From a virus (lineage: Duplodnaviria; Caudoviricetes), in the IMG/VR virus record IMGVR_UViG_3300005573_000186, positions 1 through 36,798 of that record: a stretch of DNA of 36,798 bases. One strand, written 5' to 3'. A program made the translations under genes and the position numbers. Every line of letters begins with the position of its first letter. Within the stretch, counting starts at the first letter, position 1. The notes under the pieces were generated by a model. The model was not told the origin of the DNA. It worked only from the letters and a program-made list of their open reading frames with translations, and made no database searches. Below, one piece after another: positions 6,956 to 15,729 of this stretch.

Positions 6956-8186
6956 ACACAAATTTTATACCAATCGCCTCAAGCTTACTTATTTGCTCTT
7001 TAATTTCATCAAGCAGGTTGTACTCTTTATCGATCCTAACTGCTTTCACTTCATCTCCTATCTTCTTTATCCCTTTGATCACATCATCGATCGTATTAGC
7101 ACCATACACTACTGTGCATACGAGAGTACCACCTTTTGCTGCATAGTATTTGCCCCCCACCTTATAGCCAGTGCTAAACTTGACATATTGCCTGTACTTA
7201 TCAGGGAATTTCACTTCAAGACTTGTGTCCTGTAACTCACTGGACCTCAAAGGCAATACTCCCCAATACTTTTCTTTTACATCAAGCTTGACCTTTTCGT
7301 TATTAGCTATCTTGGTAACAACATCAGGATAATTCCTGATTGCGGTTGTGAAAAGGTGCCCAAGAGGATGAGGAATTCTACAAGTCATATCTATCAAGTA
7401 ATCTTTATTCTTGTTCACCAGTCTCTGTTCTGTGCTAACAAAGCACCTATAATCAAATTTAGATAGTTCTTTCATTAAATACGGCTCTGTCCTTTTAAAC
7501 CAGTCAGGAGTCCTTTCTGACCATACTCCGATATAAGCCCCACTATTTTCTATTCCCCACATGACAGGTAAACAAAAACCATTCGCAGGAGAGAAGATGG
7601 CATCAATCCCAACCTCAACCGCATCCTTGATCTGGTCTTCAACAATAAACTCATATTGATCTGCAAACCTACCCCATTTCGCCCTAAGCAGGTCCAGGAG
7701 GGGTTCTACTTCATCGTAGGAAGGCGATAGAAATGTTTCACAATCTCCCCTAAACACGCTAATCTTTACAACGACATCTTTAACTTCCTTCAACAGTTCT
7801 CTAAGTCTTTCAAGGCCTATAATTCTCCATGCTTTAGGGACAGGCAAGCCAGATTTCTTTAGCCATTTCTTTAAATACCACCTATCAAGTTCCAAATGCT
7901 CTCCTCTACCTGCTCCAAAGCAAGCTTTCCCGTGACGTCGTAGGTAGTCAACAATATCTCCGAAGCCCACATCAAACACAGCTATCAGGTCCACTTTATC
8001 CACGTGATAGAAAGGGAACATAACTTTATGTATGCCTTCCATACCAATGCCACATGAAAAGTCGTTAAAGTGAGGAAAAGCATTCATAAAGTGTGTCCAG
8101 TAATAAACATCATATACAGAGGATAATCTAATGGCATGTTCAACTTCTATACCTGTGCCAAACACAAGGGCAGTCTTTTTGGCCAT
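6954..8186 (-). CDS. PurD-like ATP-grasp ligase
   Basis: LVFGTGxEVEHAI (cf. PurD GxGGREHAL), FGAG...LELDRWYLKKWLKKSGLPVP, VVVK, FIVEDQI, IDMTCRIPHP (cf. E(F/Y)NxRFGDP). TAATG overlap with the upstream giant gene. Confidence 0.75.
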   Translation of the reverse strand: MAKKTALVFGTGIEVEHAIRLSSVYDVYYWTHFMNAFPHFNDFSCGIGMEGIHKVMFPFYHVDKVDLIAVFDVGFGDIVDYLRRHGKACFGAGRGEHLELDRWYLKKWLKKSGLPVPKAWRIIGLERLRELLKEVKDVVVKISVFRGDCETFLSPSYDEVEPLLDLLRAKWGRFADQYEFIVEDQIKDAVEVGIDAIFSPANGFCLPVMWGIENSGAYIGVWSERTPDWFKRTEPYLMKELSKFDYRCFVSTEQRLVNKNKDYLIDMTCRIPHPLGHLFTTAIRNYPDVVTKIANNEKVKLDVKEKYWGVLPLRSSELQDTSLEVKFPDKYRQYVKFSTGYKVGGKYYAAKGGTLVCTVVYGANTIDDVIKGIKKIGDEVKAVRIDKEYNLLDEIKEQISKLEAIGIKFV

Positions 8187-11100
8187 TACTCTTCCTCCTC
8201 AATCTCATTTGTAGGAAGACCATACAAGCTTTCCAACCGCCATACCTCAGGCCTTGCTACCTTGGGGGCTTTCATCATTTCAGATATTTCAGGATACAGC
8301 ATCTTAAGTATGTGCCTTTTAATAGCACCGTCATCTGGCAATACAATCCTATGAAGCTCACCTATTTCTGCATACCTAATAGCATCTGTTATAGCATTAA
8401 CATATAGATCCTGAACTCTATTTATATCGCCTAACACCAACGCCCTCGCTATTTGTTCATTCAGAGAAGTTGTCTTCTCTCTTCTCTCTCTCAGCATGCT
8501 ATTTATAACATCACGTTTTTCAAATGCTTTAATGTAATCTTTGGGGGAAAATCCCAAGGATTTCATGATAGTATCATAAAGAGACGGTGCATATATTAGT
8601 TCACCTGAAGGTGCTCTTGCCCCCTGTTCGTTGTACCATCTCATGGCAACCATAAAGTTTCGGACGCTTTCAGGAGCTATGTTCTCTATAGCTCTCATGC
8701 CATCTCTGTGTTGTTGCCACACTTGGTAAGTCCTAACAGCTTTAAGAGGTAAATCAATAGGAATACCAATCAGAAACTTAAGGATGTTGTAAACAGGGTT
8801 TCTGTTTTCATCAAACATTGAGACATCAAGCGGATTCAAAGCCCCACCTATTGAAACTCCTACAGCCACCCCAGGTAGACCATAGAGGAAAAAGTCTGCG
8901 ATCTGATCCCCGTATTCCTCTGAAATTTGGTTGGCTATAGCTCTCACATCTGAGGTGAATGCATTTTCTCTATCTGCAAGCTTGTTATAAGCCCAATGCA
9001 TTGCTCTAAAAATATCACCCATAAAGGGGATTGCTGATATTCCACCTGCAAGGAAATGTAAGCTTAGCATCGTAGCCAATGCTTTGTACTGGCGTTCACT
9101 TATCAGTTGCTTTACTCTTGCAAGCCAATTATAGGCGAACATTCTGAAGACAAAGAACGGTCTCAAAGGCCCTCTTGCTATGGAAGGCAACCCCATGGTG
9201 CTGTAATCAAACTGAGTATCCCTTATGGCATTCTCGATGAACCTAAACATTTCATCGCCTTTGAGCCCTTTATATTTTGCTATTTGATAAAACGCCGAGG
9301 CGGCATGGTACCTATTCATCATTTCTGCTTCTTTAAAAGCAGTCATCATAAGATCCTGGATTATATCCCAAACTGGAGTAGTGGGTTCTTCTGCCTTTGT
9401 GTATCCAGCAAGCTCTCTTGTAGCTTGAGGATACACTTCTTCCTTCGCAACAAGCTCATCTATTATCCTCTTGAGCTCAGGATCCAGCTTGGAAAATTTC
9501 GCTGTTCTATAAGCCAATGCATCTTTGTAAGCTTTAGCAAAAATAGCAGTAGCCCGTGGAGCACCAACATATCTTAGCATCCAAGGGTAAGTCATGAGTA
9601 AAGGTTGTGTGGCATTCACTGCGGCGGATTTGAGATTTAGGCCAAGATACCATACACCAAAAAAGCGGTTAAGCATCATGAACTGCTGTTTGCCTGACAT
9701 TAGGTCTTTGTAGTATCTATTTAAAACATCAATCAAATTGAAGTCTCTTTCAGTATCAAATCTGGCCATCTCTTTTCTGAACTCTGGAACAAGCTTGCTG
9801 TTAGTTACAGCTCTTGTTAACCTGTGCATATATGAGGCGAATGATCTTTTTAAATTCTTTTCCCACCCTGGCACCATTTTGGCGGGGAGCATATGAACTT
9901 GAAATCCAGCTCTCCCTACTCCCCACTTTGTAACCATCTGATCGAGTGCTACTAATAAATCTTGCCCAGTTAAAGTAAGAGCACCAGCTTTTTCAAGATC
10001 CATGATTGCAGATCTTAAAACAGTCACAAGGAACGGGGGCAGTTCATTAGCAACATCATAAATCGGTTTGTAATTCTTTCCCCAGGAGACCTGCCAATCA
10101 GGGTTCTCTTTCTTAAGCTGTCTGGCAAGACTTTCAACTTCCTTGAGTTTATCCACGTGTGCAAGATACCCAGTTTTGCCATCAGGGGTTTTAGCTAATA
10201 CAAAGTATTCCCCGTATCGCTGGGCAGGGAAGTAATACTGATCTGCAAGCGCATCTACTTTTTCATGTAGATCTTTAATTGCTTGTGCTTGCTTAATAAT
10301 GTGATCTGAGGCATTTGTTGCCTTTAGCTCTTCAATCAGCCTATTTGCTTCAGCCACGTTGCGAGGCTTATCATATCCACCCTCAAGCCTTGCATGAGTC
10401 AAAAGCATATCTCTTACATACAAATCCATCGCCCTGTGGGTAAAGCTATCGATTTCCCTGATTGCCTGAATCTCTGCGTCTGTAAAGCCTTTTATCCTCA
10501 GCTCTTCCTCTGTGATGGGCGATTGGCTCCTCGTTCTCTTGCTTAATCTCAATGACTCAATAAAGTCGAACACTCGTTCTGGTTTTCGGAGCCTGAAAAA
10601 TGTGAGAGTAGCCTTTAACTCCTCGTGCAGAAGTTTTCGTGGAACTGTTTGCATCAAATGAAGAATACCCAGGGCAGGTACGGTTTGGGGAAACTTTTTT
10701 CTTAGTGTGCTTTCAAGAATGAAGAGCTTTCGTAGCTGTTTAATGCTTTTGGCATCCCCAAAATACTTCACAGGTTCAGGCAGATCTCTGAAGTTTATGC
10801 CCTCTTTAGCAAGTTCGTTCTTCAGGGTCTCCATTGTGGTAAAGCTGACAGTAAGTGCTCCTTTCTCGCTTTTGAGTAACTCGGACGCTGAGGTGGGAGT
10901 AGCTTTACCATATGCTTCTTTTTCAGCTTTAACCACATCAGCAAGTTCAGGAGACTTATTGTTCTTCAGATCCTTCTCATAGTCCCCACGGTTTTGTATT
11001 GGCTCATCCAGGACGGTGGCCTGTGCCACTTCTTCTGGAGGTATATGCTGGATCTTTTCAAGATACCTGAGACGGCGTTTAATTGACTTTAAATAGTTCT

Positions 11101-13489
11101 CTATCTCTATCGACTCTTGATAAGGTGTAATATATGCTACGGGTTCCCCTTTATGTATAACTTCAACAACGGCAAGGGTTGGGTCAGTTTCATTGCTTCT
11201 AAGTTTTATTTCTACATTACCATATACCTTAGTTACCCAATCTATATCGTTAGCTGGGGCCAAATAATACCTCTCCCCAGCTTTTATTATAACTGTACTT
11301 ACTTCTTTGTTTGGAGTTTTTGCTTCCCCTATAATTACAGCTGGCGTAATACGGCTATATTTTGTTACAATCTCCTGTGTTGATCCTGGTATTTGGCTAA
11401 TGTTTGTTTGCTCACTTTTAAATCCACTGGGGATGTTTCCTTTGGGAAATTTAAACACTGCTGCACCTCTTCCCACAAATCCGTCAGCAGTTTGGATAAT
11501 CTTTCCAGAAATAGAATATGGCCTACGAGGGGCATAAATATCTACGTAATTAAGTTCGGCGGTTTTATCAACTTCATTTCGGGTAAGCTTTTTGAATTGT
11601 TTGCTTTTGTAAGTCTCAGGTGGTGTGAACTCAAATTCGGCATCGCCAGCGAGCCTCTCCTTTTCACTTATTTCTACTTGTTTTGTCTCCTTAGCAACCT
11701 CGGCAGGGGGCTCTTCTGTAGCAGGTTTTGCGATTGTCTCTGCTGGGCTCTTCTCTGGTTCTTTTGGCACACTAATAGTTTCTGGAGATACCTCCTCACG
11801 TCCAGGTTTAGGAGCTGGTTTTTGGGGAATTTCTAATTTTAGTCCTGGGGGTGTAGGTTCCCTCACAAATCCTCTCTCAGAAGGCAGGATCAGCCTCGGC
11901 GTTTCACTTTCCTTGTATTCTTGTATCTTAGCTCTTCCCACTTCTGGTTCTGGGCCTTCAGGCTTTTGTGGTGTTTCAATGTAGTATGTCTTACGGGCTA
12001 CCTTCCCCTCTGGGGTAAGCACTATGCGCTCCCTTGGCTTTCTCACCTCAGGGAGTTCTATAGGGGTTCGATATTCAGAAGATGGATAGACTTCCTCGGC
12101 CAGCTGGTAAGCCCTATCATCACTGTAGCCTTTGCGTTTAAGGAAATCTATGAATTGTAGCTTTGGATCTTCTGGCCTCTCTCTTTCAATGATCTTTTCT
12201 ATCTTAGATGGCACTTCTTCAGATGGTTCTTTAGTAGCAAACCTCTCTGTCGCTCTTTTATCGAGTTCTTCTAATTGCTTGGCTAACGCAGTTTCTTTTT
12301 CAGTTTGTGCTCTTACGTCTGCCAACATTTGTTCCTTGGCAATCTTTTCGGAGGCCTTAGTTCTTTCGCTGGCAGGCGTTAAAGTAATCCCTATTTGCTC
12401 TTCGATCTCTCTTAGAATAGTTTCCTGGGCATGTGGCGGGAGATCCTTAATAGCATCTCTAATTTCTTCTATAGTTAGCTGTTCCCCTTTGAAGGCCTTG
12501 AATAGATTATAGGCATCCGATGAAATTTCTTGCCTCTTGAACCTGCTTATCACATCCGCAAGTTCTTTATCTGCCATAGCCTTCTTGGCAACCTTGTAGG
12601 CATGCCGTTGGGCATATTGCTGGTATGTTTTGTATTCTTTCCAGGCCGTTTTAGCAGTCTTAGCTTGTTCAGGGTCAGTTAGATCAAACCCCAGCTTATC
12701 TGTAAACTCATTGAAACTTTTGAAATTAGTTTCATATATTTCTTTGGGCAAAGGCACAGTAATAGGTTTAGATGCAAGAGGATCAAGTTTGCCTTTTACA
12801 TACCCATACCCATGAGTTACCCCAGTGAATAATAGAGGCCACAAAGCAAGCTCTGTTACTCCTGCCGCCAATCTGGCAAGTTCTTCAGATCCTTCCCTCT
12901 TTCTACCCTCTTCTCCCTGGGCTTTTCTTATGCCTTCATAGAGTAGATCTGACAGCTTGGCCATGCCATAGTGCAAGATTTCCCCTGCAGGCGATATTGG
13001 TTTACCCACAATGGGGATTTTCCCAATGGTTTTAGCTGTTAGTTCTTCGCCTCCCTGGATAACCTTCTTGCCAGTTTCAAGAGCAGGGGTTAGAAATTCC
13101 CCTCCTTGCAAAACACTTTTAATACCTGCCCCCAGCCCAGCGAGAGTCCCTGCTATACCACTAATTGCTTTGGGAGCCATCATCGCTAAAGCACCTGGAG
13201 CTGTTCCCCAAAGTAAAGCTTGTGCGCCAAGCTCTCCTATGCTGGCTGGGATTTCCTTGGCAGTTTGGAGTAAGCTCCAATCTGAAACAGCTTTTTGCCC
13301 TGTTAGTGTCTCTTGTATCTTTTGTGTAAGCAAACCAGGCCGTTGGTCAGGCAATCGGGACCAGTTGTTATTAATGGCTTCTCTAATCTCGTCTTCACTC
13401 ATAGAAGACGGGAATTTAACGGTGATGTTCTTTTGAGGGATATAGACCGAGATTAGATCTTCTTGTTGGGTCCTTTCTTCTTCATCCAT
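8186..13489 (-). CDS. Large internal virion / DNA ejection polyvalent protein (about 1767 aa)
   Basis: Last of three post-nozzle genes. Contains a PLxRFG-like YFPAQRYGEYFV motif and the LGLNLKSAAVNATQ and TQFDYS motifs of phage ejection proteins, plus a P/E/K-rich linker. Start is ATG 13489 or TTG 13495. Confidence 0.7.
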   Translation of the reverse strand: MDEEERTQQEDLISVYIPQKNITVKFPSSMSEDEIREAINNNWSRLPDQRPGLLTQKIQETLTGQKAVSDWSLLQTAKEIPASIGELGAQALLWGTAPGALAMMAPKAISGIAGTLAGLGAGIKSVLQGGEFLTPALETGKKVIQGGEELTAKTIGKIPIVGKPISPAGEILHYGMAKLSDLLYEGIRKAQGEEGRKREGSEELARLAAGVTELALWPLLFTGVTHGYGYVKGKLDPLASKPITVPLPKEIYETNFKSFNEFTDKLGFDLTDPEQAKTAKTAWKEYKTYQQYAQRHAYKVAKKAMADKELADVISRFKRQEISSDAYNLFKAFKGEQLTIEEIRDAIKDLPPHAQETILREIEEQIGITLTPASERTKASEKIAKEQMLADVRAQTEKETALAKQLEELDKRATERFATKEPSEEVPSKIEKIIERERPEDPKLQFIDFLKRKGYSDDRAYQLAEEVYPSSEYRTPIELPEVRKPRERIVLTPEGKVARKTYYIETPQKPEGPEPEVGRAKIQEYKESETPRLILPSERGFVREPTPPGLKLEIPQKPAPKPGREEVSPETISVPKEPEKSPAETIAKPATEEPPAEVAKETKQVEISEKERLAGDAEFEFTPPETYKSKQFKKLTRNEVDKTAELNYVDIYAPRRPYSISGKIIQTADGFVGRGAAVFKFPKGNIPSGFKSEQTNISQIPGSTQEIVTKYSRITPAVIIGEAKTPNKEVSTVIIKAGERYYLAPANDIDWVTKVYGNVEIKLRSNETDPTLAVVEVIHKGEPVAYITPYQESIEIENYLKSIKRRLRYLEKIQHIPPEEVAQATVLDEPIQNRGDYEKDLKNNKSPELADVVKAEKEAYGKATPTSASELLKSEKGALTVSFTTMETLKNELAKEGINFRDLPEPVKYFGDAKSIKQLRKLFILESTLRKKFPQTVPALGILHLMQTVPRKLLHEELKATLTFFRLRKPERVFDFIESLRLSKRTRSQSPITEEELRIKGFTDAEIQAIREIDSFTHRAMDLYVRDMLLTHARLEGGYDKPRNVAEANRLIEELKATNASDHIIKQAQAIKDLHEKVDALADQYYFPAQRYGEYFVLAKTPDGKTGYLAHVDKLKEVESLARQLKKENPDWQVSWGKNYKPIYDVANELPPFLVTVLRSAIMDLEKAGALTLTGQDLLVALDQMVTKWGVGRAGFQVHMLPAKMVPGWEKNLKRSFASYMHRLTRAVTNSKLVPEFRKEMARFDTERDFNLIDVLNRYYKDLMSGKQQFMMLNRFFGVWYLGLNLKSAAVNATQPLLMTYPWMLRYVGAPRATAIFAKAYKDALAYRTAKFSKLDPELKRIIDELVAKEEVYPQATRELAGYTKAEEPTTPVWDIIQDLMMTAFKEAEMMNRYHAASAFYQIAKYKGLKGDEMFRFIENAIRDTQFDYSTMGLPSIARGPLRPFFVFRMFAYNWLARVKQLISERQYKALATMLSLHFLAGGISAIPFMGDIFRAMHWAYNKLADRENAFTSDVRAIANQISEEYGDQIADFFLYGLPGVAVGVSIGGALNPLDVSMFDENRNPVYNILKFLIGIPIDLPLKAVRTYQVWQQHRDGMRAIENIAPESVRNFMVAMRWYNEQGARAPSGELIYAPSLYDTIMKSLGFSPKDYIKAFEKRDVINSMLRERREKTTSLNEQIARALVLGDINRVQDLYVNAITDAIRYAEIGELHRIVLPDDGAIKRHILKMLYPEISEMMKAPKVARPEVWRLESLYGLPTNEIEEEE

Positions 13490-13499
13490 CCCCAATCCT

Positions 13500-14744
13500 C
13501 TATTTCCTGAAGATCAAGCTACCATCTGGTCCTACTTCAAACGACCCCTTTGATTCTTTCTCTTTCGGTTTTGTTGCTCCAAGCCCTTCTTTAATTCTTT
13601 CCTGGACCTTTTGTTGAACTTCTGGAGGGATTAACCCACTCAATATATCAGGTTTAGTAGCCCATTCAAGCTTTTCTATTTGTGCTGTGTTTATCTCCCC
13701 AAAAGGTCCCATAAGTTGGGTAAATCCGTCTTTGTAATAAATTCTTTCCACAGGAACTTGTTGGCCATTTTTCAATGTGGCCAACATCTTTTCTACCTTA
13801 TGCACACCGCCATGTCTATCTATGTCCACTTGCAGTTTTTGCCATGTCAAATCTGCCTTTTCTTGAGCTATCTGTGCTTGGATAGCTTTAAGTTGTGCGG
13901 CACCTAATTGCTGTTGAAGTTGCGTTTCCAGTTGTGCGAGTTTAAGTTGCCTTTGCTGGTCAAGCTTATCAATGTTCATCATATATTCTTTGTATAGCTT
14001 TAAGTCTGATAGCAACAGATGTTGATTAGCAGTCTGTATCCGTTGTCTTATCATAGCAAGATTTTGCTGGAGAGCATCTATCTTATTCTTATTCCTTGTA
14101 GGGTCTTGTTGTAGCTTGGCTAAGTCTCCCAGGATCTTATCTTCTTCAGCTAACAACCCCTGAATTGTAGCTTTGGTTACTTTTTCAGTCAATCCAGATT
14201 CTATAGCTTGGGTAGAGCTAAGAACCTTATCAAGTGTTTGTAGCCTCACTAAGTTTGTGTAGGGTCTCCCATTTTGATCGTAGTCCACTGCGATGGAAGA
14301 TAAAAAGGGATCTTTCAAGATAGTCTGGATCGTAGTGGAAGGCACTATCCCGCTTACCTCAATGTCTTTAACAGGGATAGGCTTTGACATTTCCTGTGCT
14401 TGGGATTGTTGTATGCCCGCAGCTATAGCAGTTTCCGCACTAAGTTCTGGAGACGATACCACCCCAGGCTGAGGTATAGCTGGTTGTTTTGTCTCCCCTT
14501 GTTCGCCTAAAGGGATGGGGCGAAGTAATGATCGTGCTTGTTCTGTTTGAAGTTGGGCCAAAGCTCCTTCTGCCTGGCGTTTTTGAACTTCATAGGGGAA
14601 TAGTTCCTTGCTTCTTCTCATCTCTTCTGCCAGCTGTTGCATCTGCATAATTTTAGCTACATTTCCAAGAGCCTGGCCTGTAGTGCCAACAGCCCTTTCT
14701 ACGCCTGTAGCAATGCCACCCAAGTATTCTCCTAAGCTTGCCAT
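13500..14744 (-). CDS. Putative internal virion (ejection) protein
   Basis: Gly-rich amphipathic N-terminus, Gln-rich coiled coils, and position in the operon. Confidence 0.6.
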   Translation of the reverse strand: MASLGEYLGGIATGVERAVGTTGQALGNVAKIMQMQQLAEEMRRSKELFPYEVQKRQAEGALAQLQTEQARSLLRPIPLGEQGETKQPAIPQPGVVSSPELSAETAIAAGIQQSQAQEMSKPIPVKDIEVSGIVPSTTIQTILKDPFLSSIAVDYDQNGRPYTNLVRLQTLDKVLSSTQAIESGLTEKVTKATIQGLLAEEDKILGDLAKLQQDPTRNKNKIDALQQNLAMIRQRIQTANQHLLLSDLKLYKEYMMNIDKLDQQRQLKLAQLETQLQQQLGAAQLKAIQAQIAQEKADLTWQKLQVDIDRHGGVHKVEKMLATLKNGQQVPVERIYYKDGFTQLMGPFGEINTAQIEKLEWATKPDILSGLIPPEVQQKVQERIKEGLGATKPKEKESKGSFEVGPDGSLIFRK

Positions 14745-15727
14745 AGCATCCTCCTGGAATACTTAGATAATGTCATCTTACCCAGGAACTTGCATATCTT
14801 TTCTCCCATCTTATAAAAAACTCGTGCCCATATTCTATGCTTGTATTCCCTTGAGACCCTGTTAGCTATATCTTCCATAATAGGAAGAGTTATCTTGTAC
14901 ACTATCAGTGCAAACAGCTTGCTCCGTCGCATTAAAGAAACAACAGGAACGGCCCATAGGTAGTATCCAGCTCTCACTTCCCAGGGCAATGTATCAGTAA
15001 ACTTGTGGACAGTTCCGAACAGATCCTCATCTATAAAGCCTTGTCTGTATAGTTCGGTGCATATTACTGTGAGCTTGCTGGCAAGGCCACCAACTGCTCC
15101 TCCAACTATAGTCCCTATGCCAGGCAGAATAGCACTCCCTACGTATGCGCCCGCAGCAGTAGCGGCACCAGTCTTTGCGGCTTTTCCCCAGTCTCCTGTG
15201 GTTAGGCCTTGAAGTCCAGCGCCTATTATCCCAGCCCAACCCCAACCTGGCACACTACTTGCAAAACCACTTATACCACCACTTGTTGTACCTGACATAA
15301 GCCCTGTAGCTGTGGCTTGCCCCATAGCAGCACCTGCCCCTGCAGCACCTCCGCCACCAGCTGCTACTGCTGCCCCAGTGCCAGCCATACCTGCAAGGAT
15401 AGGCTGTAACATCTTATATTGCATGTATCCCATACCTGCCATTGCACCTAATTGCGTAAGGCCAGATATGGCTTGTGCCTTCTCTTGTTTTCTTTCTAAT
15501 TCTTCTGCTTGTTGCGTTTTAATATCAAATTCCCTTCTGCGTTCGCCAAGTTCTTTTTCAAATCGTGCGGTTTGCATCCAGGGCTCATATACCCCAGCTA
15601 AAGCTCCTTTAAGATACGATGCAAGTTTATCTTCTGGGATGGCAGGTTGCCCTAAAGCTCTCCTAACTGCTTCTTCGTTTAGGAGAGTTTGTATTGCTCC
15701 AGTTACAGCAGGATTATAGCCATCCAT
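14732..15727 (-). CDS. Putative internal virion / pilot protein with glycine-zipper segments and a C-terminal VICTEL domain
   Basis: Gly/Ala-rich hydrophobic stretch (GSAILPGIGTIVGGAVGG) followed by VICTELYRQG...GYYLWAVPVV. Confidence 0.6.
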   Translation of the reverse strand: MDGYNPAVTGAIQTLLNEEAVRRALGQPAIPEDKLASYLKGALAGVYEPWMQTARFEKELGERRREFDIKTQQAEELERKQEKAQAISGLTQLGAMAGMGYMQYKMLQPILAGMAGTGAAVAAGGGGAAGAGAAMGQATATGLMSGTTSGGISGFASSVPGWGWAGIIGAGLQGLTTGDWGKAAKTGAATAAGAYVGSAILPGIGTIVGGAVGGLASKLTVICTELYRQGFIDEDLFGTVHKFTDTLPWEVRAGYYLWAVPVVSLMRRSKLFALIVYKITLPIMEDIANRVSREYKHRIWARVFYKMGEKICKFLGKMTLSKYSRRMLWQA

Positions 15728-15729
15728 AA

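Noticed and set aside
6954-8186. PurZ / 2-aminoadenine DNA system, or a true purD auxiliary metabolic gene
   Set aside because: PurZ is PurA-like, not ATP-grasp. No DatZ, MazZ or polymerase gene is seen, and the PurD motifs are too divergent to assign the symbol.
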